This document shows, piece by piece, positions 18,108-31,122 of a DNA stretch of 64,000 nt. Origin of the DNA: Trichoplax adhaerens. Taxonomy: Eukaryota; Animalia; Placozoa. The stretch lies in assembly GCF_000150275.1 (NCBI RefSeq), contig NW_002060962.1:518615-582614 (forward strand). The letters run 5' to 3'. Below the pieces are notes generated by a model. The model saw nothing but the letters and a program-made list of their open reading frames with translations, made no database searches and was not told where the DNA came from. The position numbers were made by a program, and so were the translations under genes. Each line of letters starts with the position of its first letter. Positions within the stretch are counted from its first letter, which is position 1.

Positions 18108-19700
18108 ATGGCGGAAATTGAAGGGATATTTAAATTTATGAAAATATGTGGTCAGTTAAAGGTATATCACAATCAAAACTGGCTAATTAGTTACATGTTA
18201 GATAATAAAGTCTAAAATCCAATTTGAATGTCGTATTCTACTCGTACGCATACCGTATTATTATAGTTTGAAATAGCTGAAGCCTCAAGATAATGTCATA
18301 ATTGTAATAATAATAATTATATTTATTCGTCATGCAATAGAAAGTTAAACGTACGGGCTGGGTTAACCATCAAGTTACAGCTCCGGAAAGCGTTGCTGGG
18401 CATATGTATAGAATGGCCATGATGACCTTTTTACTTGATGATCCGGAAATCTCATTAGATAAGACGAGGTCAGTATGAAGTAGGGTGGGTAGAGTGTCAG
18501 ATTCTTTAGGATAAGTTATTTACGTCACATGTATGCGTATCTATCGAATTGCACAGGCAATGTCATGATAGTTATTATTATTATTGTTATTATATTATCG
18601 GACATAATAAACGTGCTCGATAGATGTATGAAGGTAGCAATTGTACATGATTTAGCCGAGAGTATTGTTGGTGATATAACTCCATTCGATGGTGTGACCA
18701 AGGAGGATAAACACAGAATGGAGAAGGTTAGCTCTCAAATCCATTAAGCGTAGCAGAATCACTGATACCAATCAGAATTTGTTAGGTTTATGGCTTTGCA
18801 ATTCTTTTTCTCACGCAATTCGAAATTTACTATCTTCTAGTGCTAACTTAACATTGCGTAATTTATAATTATAGGAAGCTATGCAGAGTATCAAAGCTTT
18901 AGTTAGCAATGAGGTATTGGAATAATGATGTCATATGTATAGGTACTGTAATATCTTTATTTATTATTAAAATATCAACCCAAACTTATGTATGCTGATT
19001 CATTCCGATAATGAAGGTTGGCGATGAAATCTTTAGCTTATGGGAGGTAAACTCATTTTACACTATCATTAATTGTCTTAAACTTAGAACCTTGTATCAA
19101 TGCAGTCACGTAGAATCGAGTAAAGTTTACTTATATTCGAGATTTGCTTCATGAATTCAGAAATCAATAATTTTTCGTATGATATACAGGAATATGAGAC
19201 ACAAGCAACTGCTGAGGCCAGGGCCGTTAAGGATTTGGACAGATTTGAGATGATATTACAAGCTTTTGAATATGAGGAAGGTAAGTTTTGTGCAGCCTTT
19301 AAAAAATACTCATATTGTTTTACTCAAAATATTGCATTATATTACTGAATAGGACAAAATATTTAAGTTCTTTCATTGTCAACTTTATTCAATTACAGAT
19401 GAAAATCGATTTGGAGACTTGGAAGATTTTTTTAAGTCTACCGAAGGTACGTTTTTTAGTTTATATCTTTGGAATCCTAAAATTTTTTCAGCATAGGCAA
19501 TAATAAAATTTACAGTTATTGTTTTACTGTAGTAATGAAATCTTTAGTAGCAATATGGTCTGCATGCTATGTTATTTACGGAATGCTTCTTAATTATTCT
19601 TAATGAATAACAATCTATCGCTTCAGGTAAATTTAAGCATCCAGCTGTAAAAAGATGGGATAGCTATTTAAGAAATAAAAGAAGAGAGAAACTTAAATGA
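18108..19700 (+). CDS. HDDC2: HD-domain 5'-deoxynucleotidase HDDC2
   Basis: Spliced: MAEIEGIFKFMKICGQLK|KVKRTGWVNHQVTAPESVAGHMYRMA...|CMKVAIVHDLAESIVGDITPFDGVTKEDKHRMEK|EAMQSIK...|VGDEIFSLWE|EYETQATAEARAVKDLDRFEMILQAFEYEE|...|GKFKHPAVKRW...KLK*. Confidence 0.93.
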
Positions 19701-20639
19701 AATCGAACTGAATCTAAATATCGAAACCTATATATTAATCTAGCTGCTCTCTCTGTGTAAAGAGGTGTAAATACGTTATAATTTACGTGTTTGGTTATTA
19801 TCCAAGTCTCTGTTTATAAATTTTTCCGCTATACGAACATTGATCAAATCCGATTTTCACTGTTTGAACCTTGATATGGTGTTATGGATGGAGAGTCCAC
19901 ACATGGCTATTGTATTAGTATACATGTTGGTATCAAATATGTTGCTGTTGCTTGTACAATGCGTAAAATTATAATCGGTATACCGTCATGCATTAGATCA
20001 GTTGCAATTAATTGCAATACTATCTAACTCAGATTATTCTAATTAGCTAACGATTTTACGTTATCATAGATCACTGATCTTTTGCAATAGCGATTAGTGT
20101 CTTCATACTTAATACGTCGCTGTTGTTAGTATTGTTGGATTTTAAGCTGTGATATCTGGGGCACATGAGACAAATTTTTACGCAAATTTCAATATTGTAC
20201 ACATGTTTCAAGTAAATTGTCCATGCAAATTAAACTAGTAAAGGAGATTTCGACGCTGTAAAGTAGTGTTCTCTATTATAATTCTATTTTGTAGCCTTTT
20301 AGACACATGTACTATGCAGTTTGTGGAAGATAATTTCATTTACGGCAGAGATTGTAGGCTTTTAGGATAAAATCTATCTACAAAACTACGCATCATAAAT
20401 TAAGTATTATTCGCATTCGTGATTCATTTCATTGGGGTCTACTGTTGCAAGATATGCTGTACGCGTATTGTCGATGCATGGTGTTCTACTGGTGGGATTA
20501 TATCAAAGATACTGTAGAGTTATTAATCTATAGTTTATCAACATTAAATATCAACGCAGCCATTTCACAAATGAAATAAGCTAGCTTTTACTGTAATAAA
20601 TCAACGTTGAAATTATTCTCATTTAAGTATCGGAAATAT

Positions 20640-20774
20640 CAGGAACTGCTCAACTAAAAATTCTGCCTCAAAAGCCGAAATTCAAAAATTTTTCTCCAAT
20701 ACTTTTAGTCGAGTATATTACATAATTTTTTAGTTACGGCTTTTAAAGGAAACTTTTTAGTTGAGTAGTCCCTG
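20640..20774. mobile_element. 135-bp MITE-like element with terminal inverted repeats and 7-bp TSD
   Basis: Left end CAGGAACTGCTCAACTAAAAA; right end reverse-complements to CAGGGACTACTCAACTAAAAA; inner AAAAGCCG/CGGCTTTT also pair; flanked on both sides by GAAATAT (20633-20639 and 20775-20781). Confidence 0.75.
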
Positions 20775-20835
20775 GAAATATCTGCAATTCAGATCTACGA
20801 CATTGCTTTGCAATCAGCGAGTCGTTGTACTTACA

Positions 20836-21645
20836 GTGTACACTGCCTGGACTAGTGATTTGTATAGTACAGTACTGTACTATGCTTATAGTACATAAAG
20901 TATGAAGTACCGAACTGCATCCCACGTCTACTACTCAACTACTGTATTTCAGTTTAAGCATTGCAACAGCTCTTGCCCTTCTGAACTGTACAGTGTACAG
21001 TACGTTATTGACAAAATACTGTACACTGTACACTGTACAAAACCTGGACTAGTGATTTGTATAGTACAGTACATACAGTATTAGTACTGTACAGTGTACT
21101 GTACAGTACTGTGCTTACACTACATAAAGTATAAAGTACCGAACTGCATCCCACGTCTACTGAGTACTCAACTACTGTATTTCAGTTAAGCATTGCAACA
21201 GCTCTTGCCCTTCTGAACTGTACAGTGTACAGTACGTTATTGACAAAATACTGTACACTGTACACTGTACAAAACCTGGACTAGTGATTTGTATAGTACT
21301 GTACTGTACAGTACTGTACTGTGCTTACACTACATAAAGTATAAAGTACCGAACTGCATCCCACGTCTACTACTCAACTACTGTATTTCAGTTATGCATT
21401 GCAACAGCTTTTGCCCTTACTGAACTGTACAGTGCACAGTACTTTATTGGCAATAATACTGTAAACTGTACACTGTGCACTGTACAAAACCTGGACTAGT
21501 GATTTGTATAACATACTGTACTGTATACTGTGCTTACAGTACAGTACTGTCAATACATACAGTATGAAGTGCCGAACTGCATCCCACGTCTACTACTCCA
21601 CTACTGTATTTCAGCATTGCAACAGCTTTTGCCCTTACTGTACTA
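20836..21645. repeat. Tandem repeat, ~210-230 bp unit, ~4 copies, rich in CAGTA/TACTG
   Basis: cgaactgcatcccacgtctac recurs at ~20911, 21140, 21350 and 21573; cctggactagtgatttgtata also recurs in each unit. Lies directly upstream of MRPS28. Confidence 0.9.
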
Positions 21646-21816
21646 CATGCTGACATTCGCTGCACATCGGCGCTCATTGCTCAACATCTGGAAAGATAAC
21701 TTGATTTAATAAGAACCTTTGAGGTTCTGCCCTAAATTTAGTGATTGATTAGGAACCTGAGAAACTAATTAAATTCAAAGCATAGAAGCAGGATATTTCT
21801 ACAAATTAAGTGAATA

Positions 21817-22382
21817 ATGCTACGTCGTTATTGTACAGGAAATTTAATGCAGCTGATGCGAAGCAGCATTGGTTGTCGATGGTTCGCACTTTCAACATCA
21901 ATGAAGAACAGCAACGATTCTTCCAACAACACTTTAGATAACAGTAGCTATAAAGAATCATTTGAAATGAAAGACAGCAACTTTGAAAACATGCTCCGAC
22001 ATTCAAAGTTTATAGGTATTGGTAAACCGGGCAAGAAAAAGGTTACTGGCCATATCAAGCATGTGGTTGGCGATGATTTATATGTAGATTTTGGTGGTAA
22101 ATTTTACGGCGTTGTTAAACGTCCAAGCTATGCAGGAGATCGGTACGAACGCATTTTAATTTTGTAACGATCGATAATTAATTAATATGGCTAATCTTTC
22201 AGTTCCCTCGGTAATAAAGTGTCACGTATTAATAACTCGTTTCTTTTCTTGTCTGCTTGATTAGAGGTTACAAGTTAGGGGACAGCGTTACAATACGATT
22301 AAGAGATACCGAAGTTACTGGACATTTTATAGGACAGAGTCGTCATATGACTCTTTGCGAAGCTGATATTAGTCTTACGTGA
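21817..22382 (+). CDS. MRPS28: Mitochondrial small-subunit ribosomal protein S28 (bS1m)
   Basis: Exons 21817-22142 and 22265-22382: Arg-rich presequence-like N-terminus, then FENMLRHSKFIGIG...GHIKHVVGDDLYVDFGGKFYGVVKRP...YKLGDSVTIRLRDTEVTGHFIG...LCEADISLT*. Confidence 0.9.
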
Positions 22383-25156
22383 TTTTAGACATACGTCGTA
22401 CATGCGAAACCGATCGAAAGGTACTCGTCTGTGAAAGGAGCGAATAGAAGGGTTCAATTTTACAGTTGTTAATATACAGCTGCAGAAAATTTCTTTCCTG
22501 TATATTGAATAAGCATTACAAAGCTCTACTGTATACTAATTGTCACAAATATATTTCTGTCTGAAATCTTGAAAATCTTCTGTACTATACTGATTTTGGT
22601 TGAATACAATAAATAAGTGCTCTATATTCCATATTGCTATGATCTTTGCGTTATTCTCGGTTAGAGATCTGGGTTATTAGTATTTGCTTTATAATGTAGT
22701 AGTTGATCAATAACGCAACGTTTTCTTGTGGTATTTAAGATTGCATGATTGTATTTTGCATACTGGTAAATGGAGTGAAATTTGAACTGATTTAAGCTTT
22801 CTTAAGCAGAATATATCGGACTTTATTCTTTTTTACATGTGTTGTCAAGAACTTGAACTATTTCTCATTTAGAATTGACGGAGATGGCTACAAAATCAGA
22901 TGACTATATTATAAATTTGTAAAGATCTTAGTCTCTAAAAATCTAGTTAATAAGTGCAGTTCTAAATTAGAGTGTTAGCAGCGTCTTTGATCTGTTGCGA
23001 TTTAAAATCGAATCGCCGGGTTGTGTGGTATATTGGCATAGCAGTAAAATAATTCTCCTACTGAAACCTGACCAATTGATCGCAAGCTTGTATAACTTTA
23101 CAATGTTTGAATCGTATTGCCCTAATTCCATAATATATTTAGAAATTCACCGGCTGTATGTCAAAGGTAGATTCCTATGAAACTGACGAGATGAGTAGCT
23201 ACCATAGAATTGCATTTTGATTGCTTTTGAACTCGTAGCTACAAATTTGATAAATGCAGGGATTACCTTGCTGAAGGACTTCTAAATTTTATATGCATTC
23301 ATCTTTTCAAAATTGCTACTTTGATTTCGATCGTAATATACGAATATACAGTACTAGGGTAATAAGCGTATCCTATGCTTTACAGAGGTAACTTACAATT
23401 TTTCTTCACAATTGCTTAATTAAAAACGGCATAGCAATGTAAATAGGTAGTTGTACCTCCTAGAAGCATATATCTTAGCGTAAGCAAATATGCTTTGGGT
23501 AACTTTACCACCGACTTACGACATTAATGAAATTGTATTTGCCTTGCCATTGTAATGAATCATCGATTAATTAGCGAAGATGTAAGTCAAATCATGAGCT
23601 TTATGCAAATAACGTAGTGAATAAATGCACCTACGCGAAGAATTTCATTGAACATTAACCTAAACAAATTGTTCATATTATTAGACTACCGTTGCATTGT
23701 TATACTGAAGAGTTCGATACTATTTATATTAAAGATGAAGCTGCGAATGATACAGAAAAGAAGAAAAGTTATCTAGCTCTCCGAATACGACCTAACATAA
23801 ATGAACGATATTATGTATTCGCATCGATTCATTATAATATCAAGCCTGGTATTAGAATCACTTAGAAATTGCGACATATTTGTATACCACAAATGGTACA
23901 TTATATATATATACAATATACGACGTAATCTATTAATGGGTTACGATCATGATCAGTGAATTCTATGAGAAATGAGAAAACGATTTATGCTCAGTAATCT
24001 GTTGTTTCATTTCGTTGCGTTTACGTATTGGCATTATGGTACCGTAATGTTCTCGCATATATATATATACATATGCAGTTCATATTATAAACGTAGCCCT
24101 AACGCTTGTAAAGGCAGACTATTTATACAGATGACGAATAAAAATTTTGACTAGATACGTACAATTGCAATAGCATGGAGTGGTGGCTTCGCCGTATATA
24201 AGGATTGCACTACTATCTTGATCCTATTTAGTATACTTGACAATGGATAGTTATTCGACTGAATGTCTTCCTTATTAATTGCATTTAAACGAGAATGTAA
24301 CATACTAACTAAACTATCTAGGAAAGACCGATACCATACCTTAACAGTGGAATCATCATGAAATGATGAAAATTTAATTATACCATATGCGCCTGTATAT
24401 TATTGATTCGTAAACTAAAGAAATTAAAACACTATACTGTACACTTATAACGCATGTCGATATTTCTTTAATTGCCTAAATAACGGAATGAGCTCTATAT
24501 ATATATATATTTCATGTCTCACTACCAATTGAGTTACTGAAAGTATTGACACGTTAAAATTCATTCTCCGAAATAAGCACTTCTGTTTATTCATGAATTC
24601 AGGTTAGTTTAACGATATTGCAAAAGTTGGCAATACGCGTACAATGCTATGCATTTGAAATTATAATTATATTATTAAGCAAAAAATATTTTGCTTATGA
24701 TTACTGAATGTTATATTTCCAGATTTTGACGAGACTTGAAGCTATGTTTGTCTTAAAAAATAGTAAATCAGTTACAACTAAGATGTTTGCACGAAATCAA
24801 TTTCAATATATTAATTATTATAGCATAGAAATAGAAGTAATCATGATCAAGATTGTGTTTTTTTCTGCAAACGCCTTCAGCTACGTGATCGGCTATGGAC
24901 ATTAAAGTTGGAAATATTAATACAGAGCAGGTTTTATATGTATAAAAATCCTCCAGCCTAGGCATGACATGACAATTATATATAAGAAATGTTTGAGATG
25001 TGATTCAGAAATTGTAATATGCCGTATATCATGGAAAATGAGATGGATAGATCCCATGGGTTTTGTATTAAAATGTTTTAATTAAATTTTGCTTTGAAAT
25101 TTATTTCATAATGATATTTTCATTTTACAATTTTAGAAAAATTTGAAGATCATAAA

Positions 25157-27046
25157 TTATGTAATCGGCATGCTAGGAGCTATTTGTTGAGAATACATAG
25201 GAAAGCCAGGATGCGAGGTTATGCCAGTCGTAATAACACTAGGATGTAGAGGCATTCGTGAGCATAAACTGCTATTTTCAAGTGGGATTGAACCAATATG
25301 AGCAGCTTTCATAGTCTCATTTGCCATGAGATTGAGCTGTACTGGCATAGCAGTTGCACAAAAAGTCGTGGATTGTTGAGGGTTTGCATGAAAAGCTACT
25401 GGTCCAACTGGAGGTAAAGAATCTTGGGAGCAAGAACAGTTTGAAAAGCGCTGATTCATGCATGATTCTAAGTGATTTAGTAAACGTACTCGAGATGTAT
25501 CGCTGCAATCGATTCCATGATGATCAGATATATAACGATTGAGTTCCATTGCACAACCATAAAATCCATATGCTTTATAATCCACTGCAGCTAATGGCGA
25601 TCTTCCATAATAATGTGCAACACCATCTCTGCCTAAAATATTAATATAAATAATAATATGAATCACTTGAATCAGCGATGAACAAGTCTTTGATCCATTT
25701 TTTCTATGATGGATTGAAAGATGCTTTATATTCCCGTATTGTTATCCTATTTTTTGTGTAACATTACTTATACTGCAAATTAGGCTGTAAACTGTATAAT
25801 AGCATATATTGTAACGCCGTTATAATCGTACCGAATAAGGATTGTAGTCTTTTGTTATGATAATAAACTTTTTGCTTTAGTAACAATTACTCTGTTGATT
25901 CTGTATGATATCGAGTTTTTACAAGTTTTGTTTTGACAATTGAGTACAGTATGCAGGGTTAATGAAATTATAACGTTAAACATGCCTTCTTTCGATGCTT
26001 CTAGATACGCATAATTAATTTATATGATACGATGAATGAACATTTACTGGCTTACCTTCTTTCAGATGAAGTTTTAGATACTTTAAATGATCTACTGTCA
26101 TTTGCAGTATTTCGGCTTTTTCTAATTTTGCTGATCCCTATTCAAAATTATTGGAGAACATTTACTTATACGTGATTACGATATTGTATTGTATGAAATT
26201 ATGATGACAACAAAAATTGAATTACACTTAATACTGTAGTTTTATCCTAGACAATTATGAACGAGTAATTGACTAGATCTTGTATACATGTTACATTGTA
26301 ATGTAGTAATTTCGTACAGAAGGATACATTCAATCAGCGTTAATCTACGTTATTACGCCTTGAAGGAAGTAGATTAGAGTGATCGGAAGCAATCTAATTC
26401 TAGCATAATATGTAACTATAGGAAATTAATCTACACCGTGATTTATTGTTACCTGTTTTTCATATGCCGTCGGTACTAATCTTTTTAATTCATGTAAGCA
26501 ACGATTGATACGATCTCTACGTCGCTTTTCGATAATCTATAAGTTGAATTCATAATAAAATAAATCAATTTTTATTTTTTTATGCTATATATGTAGTCTA
26601 TCATCGTCAATACTGTAACTACTAGAAGAGTAGATAGAAGAAGACTAATGGTAATTGTTATTTTGGTAATCAATTGAGAATAAAGTAACGACTATTCTAG
26701 TCTATTTTTACTTTAATATACTGTAAATCATTGCACACTTGTATCATTAAGCGATATTAACCTTTGAAACTATAGGTATAAAACAAATCCATGCTATATT
26801 ATGATTGCAATCGATTTGTTGTCTTACCCCACGCTTCTTCTTCCTTGTGGTAATTTGAACATCATTGATGGATGATGACCTGCATAACGTATCACACGCG
26901 ACCAAAATTAGAATATAAATATTAAAAATTGGCTATATGTGTAACGGCACGTGTCCAAAAAGTAGTAGTGGAAGGTTGAACTATCGCTCTACTTACTCCA
27001 TATTGGTGGTATCATCCGAGCTACTATCATTACCATCACATTTCAT
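25157..27046 (-). CDS. HEY: Hey-family bHLH-Orange transcriptional repressor
   Basis: Five exons: [17 protein letters not shown]|[17 protein letters not shown]|[28 protein letters not shown]|[21 protein letters not shown]...|...[18 protein letters not shown]...RVRLLNHL (Orange). The Gly in the basic region (RGIIEK) marks Hey rather than Hes. Confidence 0.93.
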
Positions 27047-27381
27047 ACTTTTAAACTGGATAGGATAATGAATTGGTAATTTCGAAATGGAAAATGATGA
27101 AACGATTTACTGTTTGTATATTTTGCAAAGGGAGAACTATTACAAACTGTTATATGTGAAACTATCGAGTTATGTGCAATGTTCTTATTAGGATACTTCA
27201 TTATATAAGAGGAATGTATTATTAAGCTTTTGTTCACTATTGTTTCTAGAAACGTTAGCCCACGGCTGGTTACTAGCTATAGTTTTGTATTATTGTCTGC
27301 AATCTGTGATCATTTAGCTTTGCAGTTGATAATGTTATCTTGGTATTGATTGGTTTATTGTCGTAGGACAATAAGATTGAC

Positions 27382-27474
27382 CACGTGCAGATCGTGGGAA
27401 CGGTCGGCCTCAATCAGCCCAACAGCCAATCAAGATGCAATCATGGTAATCTTCTATCACGACAACCGTGTGAA
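27382..27474. promoter_or_regulatory. Hey upstream cluster: E-box, CSL/Su(H) sites, CCAAT box
   Basis: CACGTG 27382-27387; CGTGGGAA 27393-27400 (consensus CSL); AGCCAATCA ~27424-27432; CGTGTGAA 27467-27474 (variant CSL). A further TTCTCACA (=TGTGAGAA) lies at 27814-27821. Confidence 0.6.
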
Positions 27475-30400
27475 CTATGATAAGCTATGACGTGAACATC
27501 GTCAGTACCGGTAGTACATAAATGGCATAAAATACTATACGCTATAATATATAATCTAGCTAAGCATTGGATACTCTTTATGGATGTTTCCTCATCCATT
27601 TCATTCTTACAAAATGATCATGTTTTTATTAGTATAGAGTAAAGGTATACGATCCAATAATGTAGTCATAAACAGTATGGCATTAATGAATGAAGCTTCT
27701 TGTTACCCGTGAGGAGGAGGGATATTTATTTTTTGGATGAGTTACAGTAGGAATACAAGATCAACTCTTTGTAGCAGAACATTTGTTTATATCTCCTGTT
27801 ATCGTCATTGCATTTCTCACACACCCACTCTGTGGAAGATTAATCAATTTCAACAGCTAGATATTTGTATAGGAGGGTACACATAATATGTGTACATTCG
27901 TAAGTACAGCATCAGAACAATTTGTCCCAAGCAACCGGTGATACAGGTTTTACTCTAATTTTGAAAGAAAGCTTGTTTGCTACACGCATTAACAAATTAT
28001 GTACAAAAACCGTTCCAGATGAACTTTCGATCGATGCTTCATACTATTATTATATGTATTATATTAAAACTCACCGGTTTGATAATTAATAAGGGATACA
28101 ATTTTAAACCCTCTATTAACTTAAGCATTTCATGGCCTGTAACATATTTTATAAAGAATCTGATACAAACAGTAAATTAGACTTTCAATAACATTCGCGC
28201 TGTTGTTAAATTACGTAACCGTTTGATATAAAGTACAGTCTCATGGAAGTAGAGCATTGTTGTTTTTATCCTGTTCTTAGCGCATTGTTTTAAATATTAT
28301 AGAGTTGACGAGTTGACGTCCAATAGTGAATAGAAAAAGGAACTATAATTCAGGCCTGTTCTGTCTCAAAATGATCGTTTATATTCCTCCGGTAGTAATT
28401 TGAAATATATATCATTCATTTATACTACAGCAGATGAGATAAAACATCGTGAATAGCTAAATGTCTTCAACAAACATAACCATTTTCTTATCTAACAAGG
28501 GAGTTAGTATCTGTAGCAGTGCAATCAGGTTCATTAACATTACACTATAGGACAACAATAATAATTATCGTTCTTATGTCAACGCGGAATTAATGATGCA
28601 GTGAAATCGCAATTTTTGATATTTACATGAGCCTTTCCAGACGCTAGTTGCTTCTTTAATTTAACATCGCTATTGTTCTTTTCCTTTTCAATGAACAATT
28701 GAATCCGGAGTTCATTCTGTAAACAAACCTTGAACAAACTTGTGTTTTATTATTACATTTTGGTATTTTATGACCCCTCCTTAAAATCATGACTACGGTA
28801 CCCTATAGCATGTCAAAAGGAATAGACTACACAGATACTACTATCAGCAGGGATAATAAGTTAATATCTGACAAGACTGGACAATAAGCAAAACAAAACT
28901 ATGTGCTTTGTTCTCATATCTAAAATAGTAAAAAACCCCAAAGTCTCATTTTACGTATTATCAGTTTATTTTAGTGACATATAGCTTAATTTGTAGGTTA
29001 GTAAAATGCTGTATTGTTTTAGATAACCAAATTCAGTTAGTGTTAACGTGTTTAAACATTAAAAAAATCGATTAGGGTTGTTTCTTTCATTTATTGCTTC
29101 GTATTATGCACACAAATAGCTTCAATTAACAATAACCACTTGTTGACACTTTTTTGAACGTACTTTGTAATAAAGAGTCTACAAACGTAGAAATTAGAAA
29201 CTTTCGAAAGAACGTTATTAGAAGCGTAGATTTCACTACTATTTTATAAGCCGCATCAGAGTCCAAAAGTGAAATGCTATTGCGCACATAGACGGTATAT
29301 CATACATTTTGTATATGGTATCAAAGTATATATATAAATATGTAGCGTATACCATTTATTTTACGGAGAGTGAGTTAATTACTGTACTTTGTGATAAGTG
29401 TGTGCGGAACGTGTACTGTACGCATACGGTAAAAGTAAATTTGATTTGATTTGTACTTATCGTGCGTTGCGACTTGCGAGAACACTGCACGTAACTAGAG
29501 ATTATTCAGCACACTCGCATTATTCTATTTGTATTCATGTATTCTACTGTACAATTACGGCATACTGTTCTATACAATTTTTTTATTTTTTTATGAACGC
29601 TACAATAAAGTACACAACACTGTATTAATTATCATGGAACGTTAGCTATCCATTGCTAATAGAAATATGCATACTGTTACCGGGATACAATGAAAATGTG
29701 CTGCTGATAGCGCATCTGTTATACATACTTTCGCAAATTTGATGCTTATATCCGATGATACTATCAATTAAATCATTTCTAAAGATAACATATTTCATAC
29801 GGGAATAATCATTTGTTGTTGTCATTATATTATATTATAAGAATGAAATTCTATCCATGCTTTTGCTTTTATTCTTTGTTGCAGTTGAAGTTTGAATTCA
29901 TGTAAGATATAGAATACATTATTAGAGTGGCTATGGGCGTGCCGTTTCGTGCGAAGGCCGCATTAGCAACGCTTACGTGTATAATACTCGGAGTATTCCA
30001 CTACTTTATTTTGTAGATGAAGTTACTATAGGAAATTCAGACTACCGGCAATAGTCTAGTTGACTATATACTATACTGTATAATGTGAAATGCTGTATGT
30101 GTATAAAACGATAAATGCAACAAAAATCAACAGCTTAGCGACGATCATGAACTATTCAAACTATTTATGTCATACTGTAGTCCATGGCGTAGCGTAGCGT
30201 TCCGAGAAACTAAGAGCGATCATTTCTTCATACAAAATAATGACAGTACTTTTCAGCTAATCGCAACTAAAAGTTAGAAATGTTCTAAAAGATTCTATAT
30301 ATACGTAGTAAATGTAGCGCCTTACTCGCCAGCTGTTACATGATGAGATGCTGCCATTTAATGCTATAGGTGGCGATCTACAATCGACGCGTATGTTTGG

Positions 30401-31122
30401 TAGTTCGTACCCATGACATCACTTTCGCTAACTCGTGATTCACAGTATATATTATATGCAAAAAAGATATCACGCACTGAATACTCGCCTAGTCCCTACA
30501 ATCATATGGATATATTTGACAGCTGTAATACTATCACTACCTACCAATCTACTGACTATACAGAGTATTCGTCTTCTCTAGAATCCAAGCTATGTACAAA
30601 CAAGCTCATTCGATCTTATACAGCACTATGAGTTCGCCATTACTACTTATACTCTTTCGATGAAGTAATTCATTCAAATTCCTATACGAATTTTATAGTC
30701 TGTGATAGCAGATTCTACTACTGTACAGCACACTGTATAGCGTACTCTAAAGACCCTTAATGTGCTACTCTATAGTACTGTATATTCAGAGTTTAGACAA
30801 AAGGATCTCTGACATGCGTACTACTGACATTACCCATCCAGGTACTATACTGTCTCATGTACCATCTAAATTCTCTACTAAAACTGTCTATTAATGGTGT
30901 GTTCTAGAATAACTATCGGATAGTGCGTTCTCTGTGGATATTGGTCATATGAATGAAACTGTCACAGACTGATGATTGGCGTTATTGTATGACAAGGAAG
31001 GGATAGAATAGCATATCTACTATAGTAATTGAACAGTGGTTTTAGCAGTTTAGCTTGCAAAGCCAACAGTAGCTCAGGTCAAGTCGGCCAGTCCAGCCAG
31101 TTCAAGCGTTAACAAATCAAAG

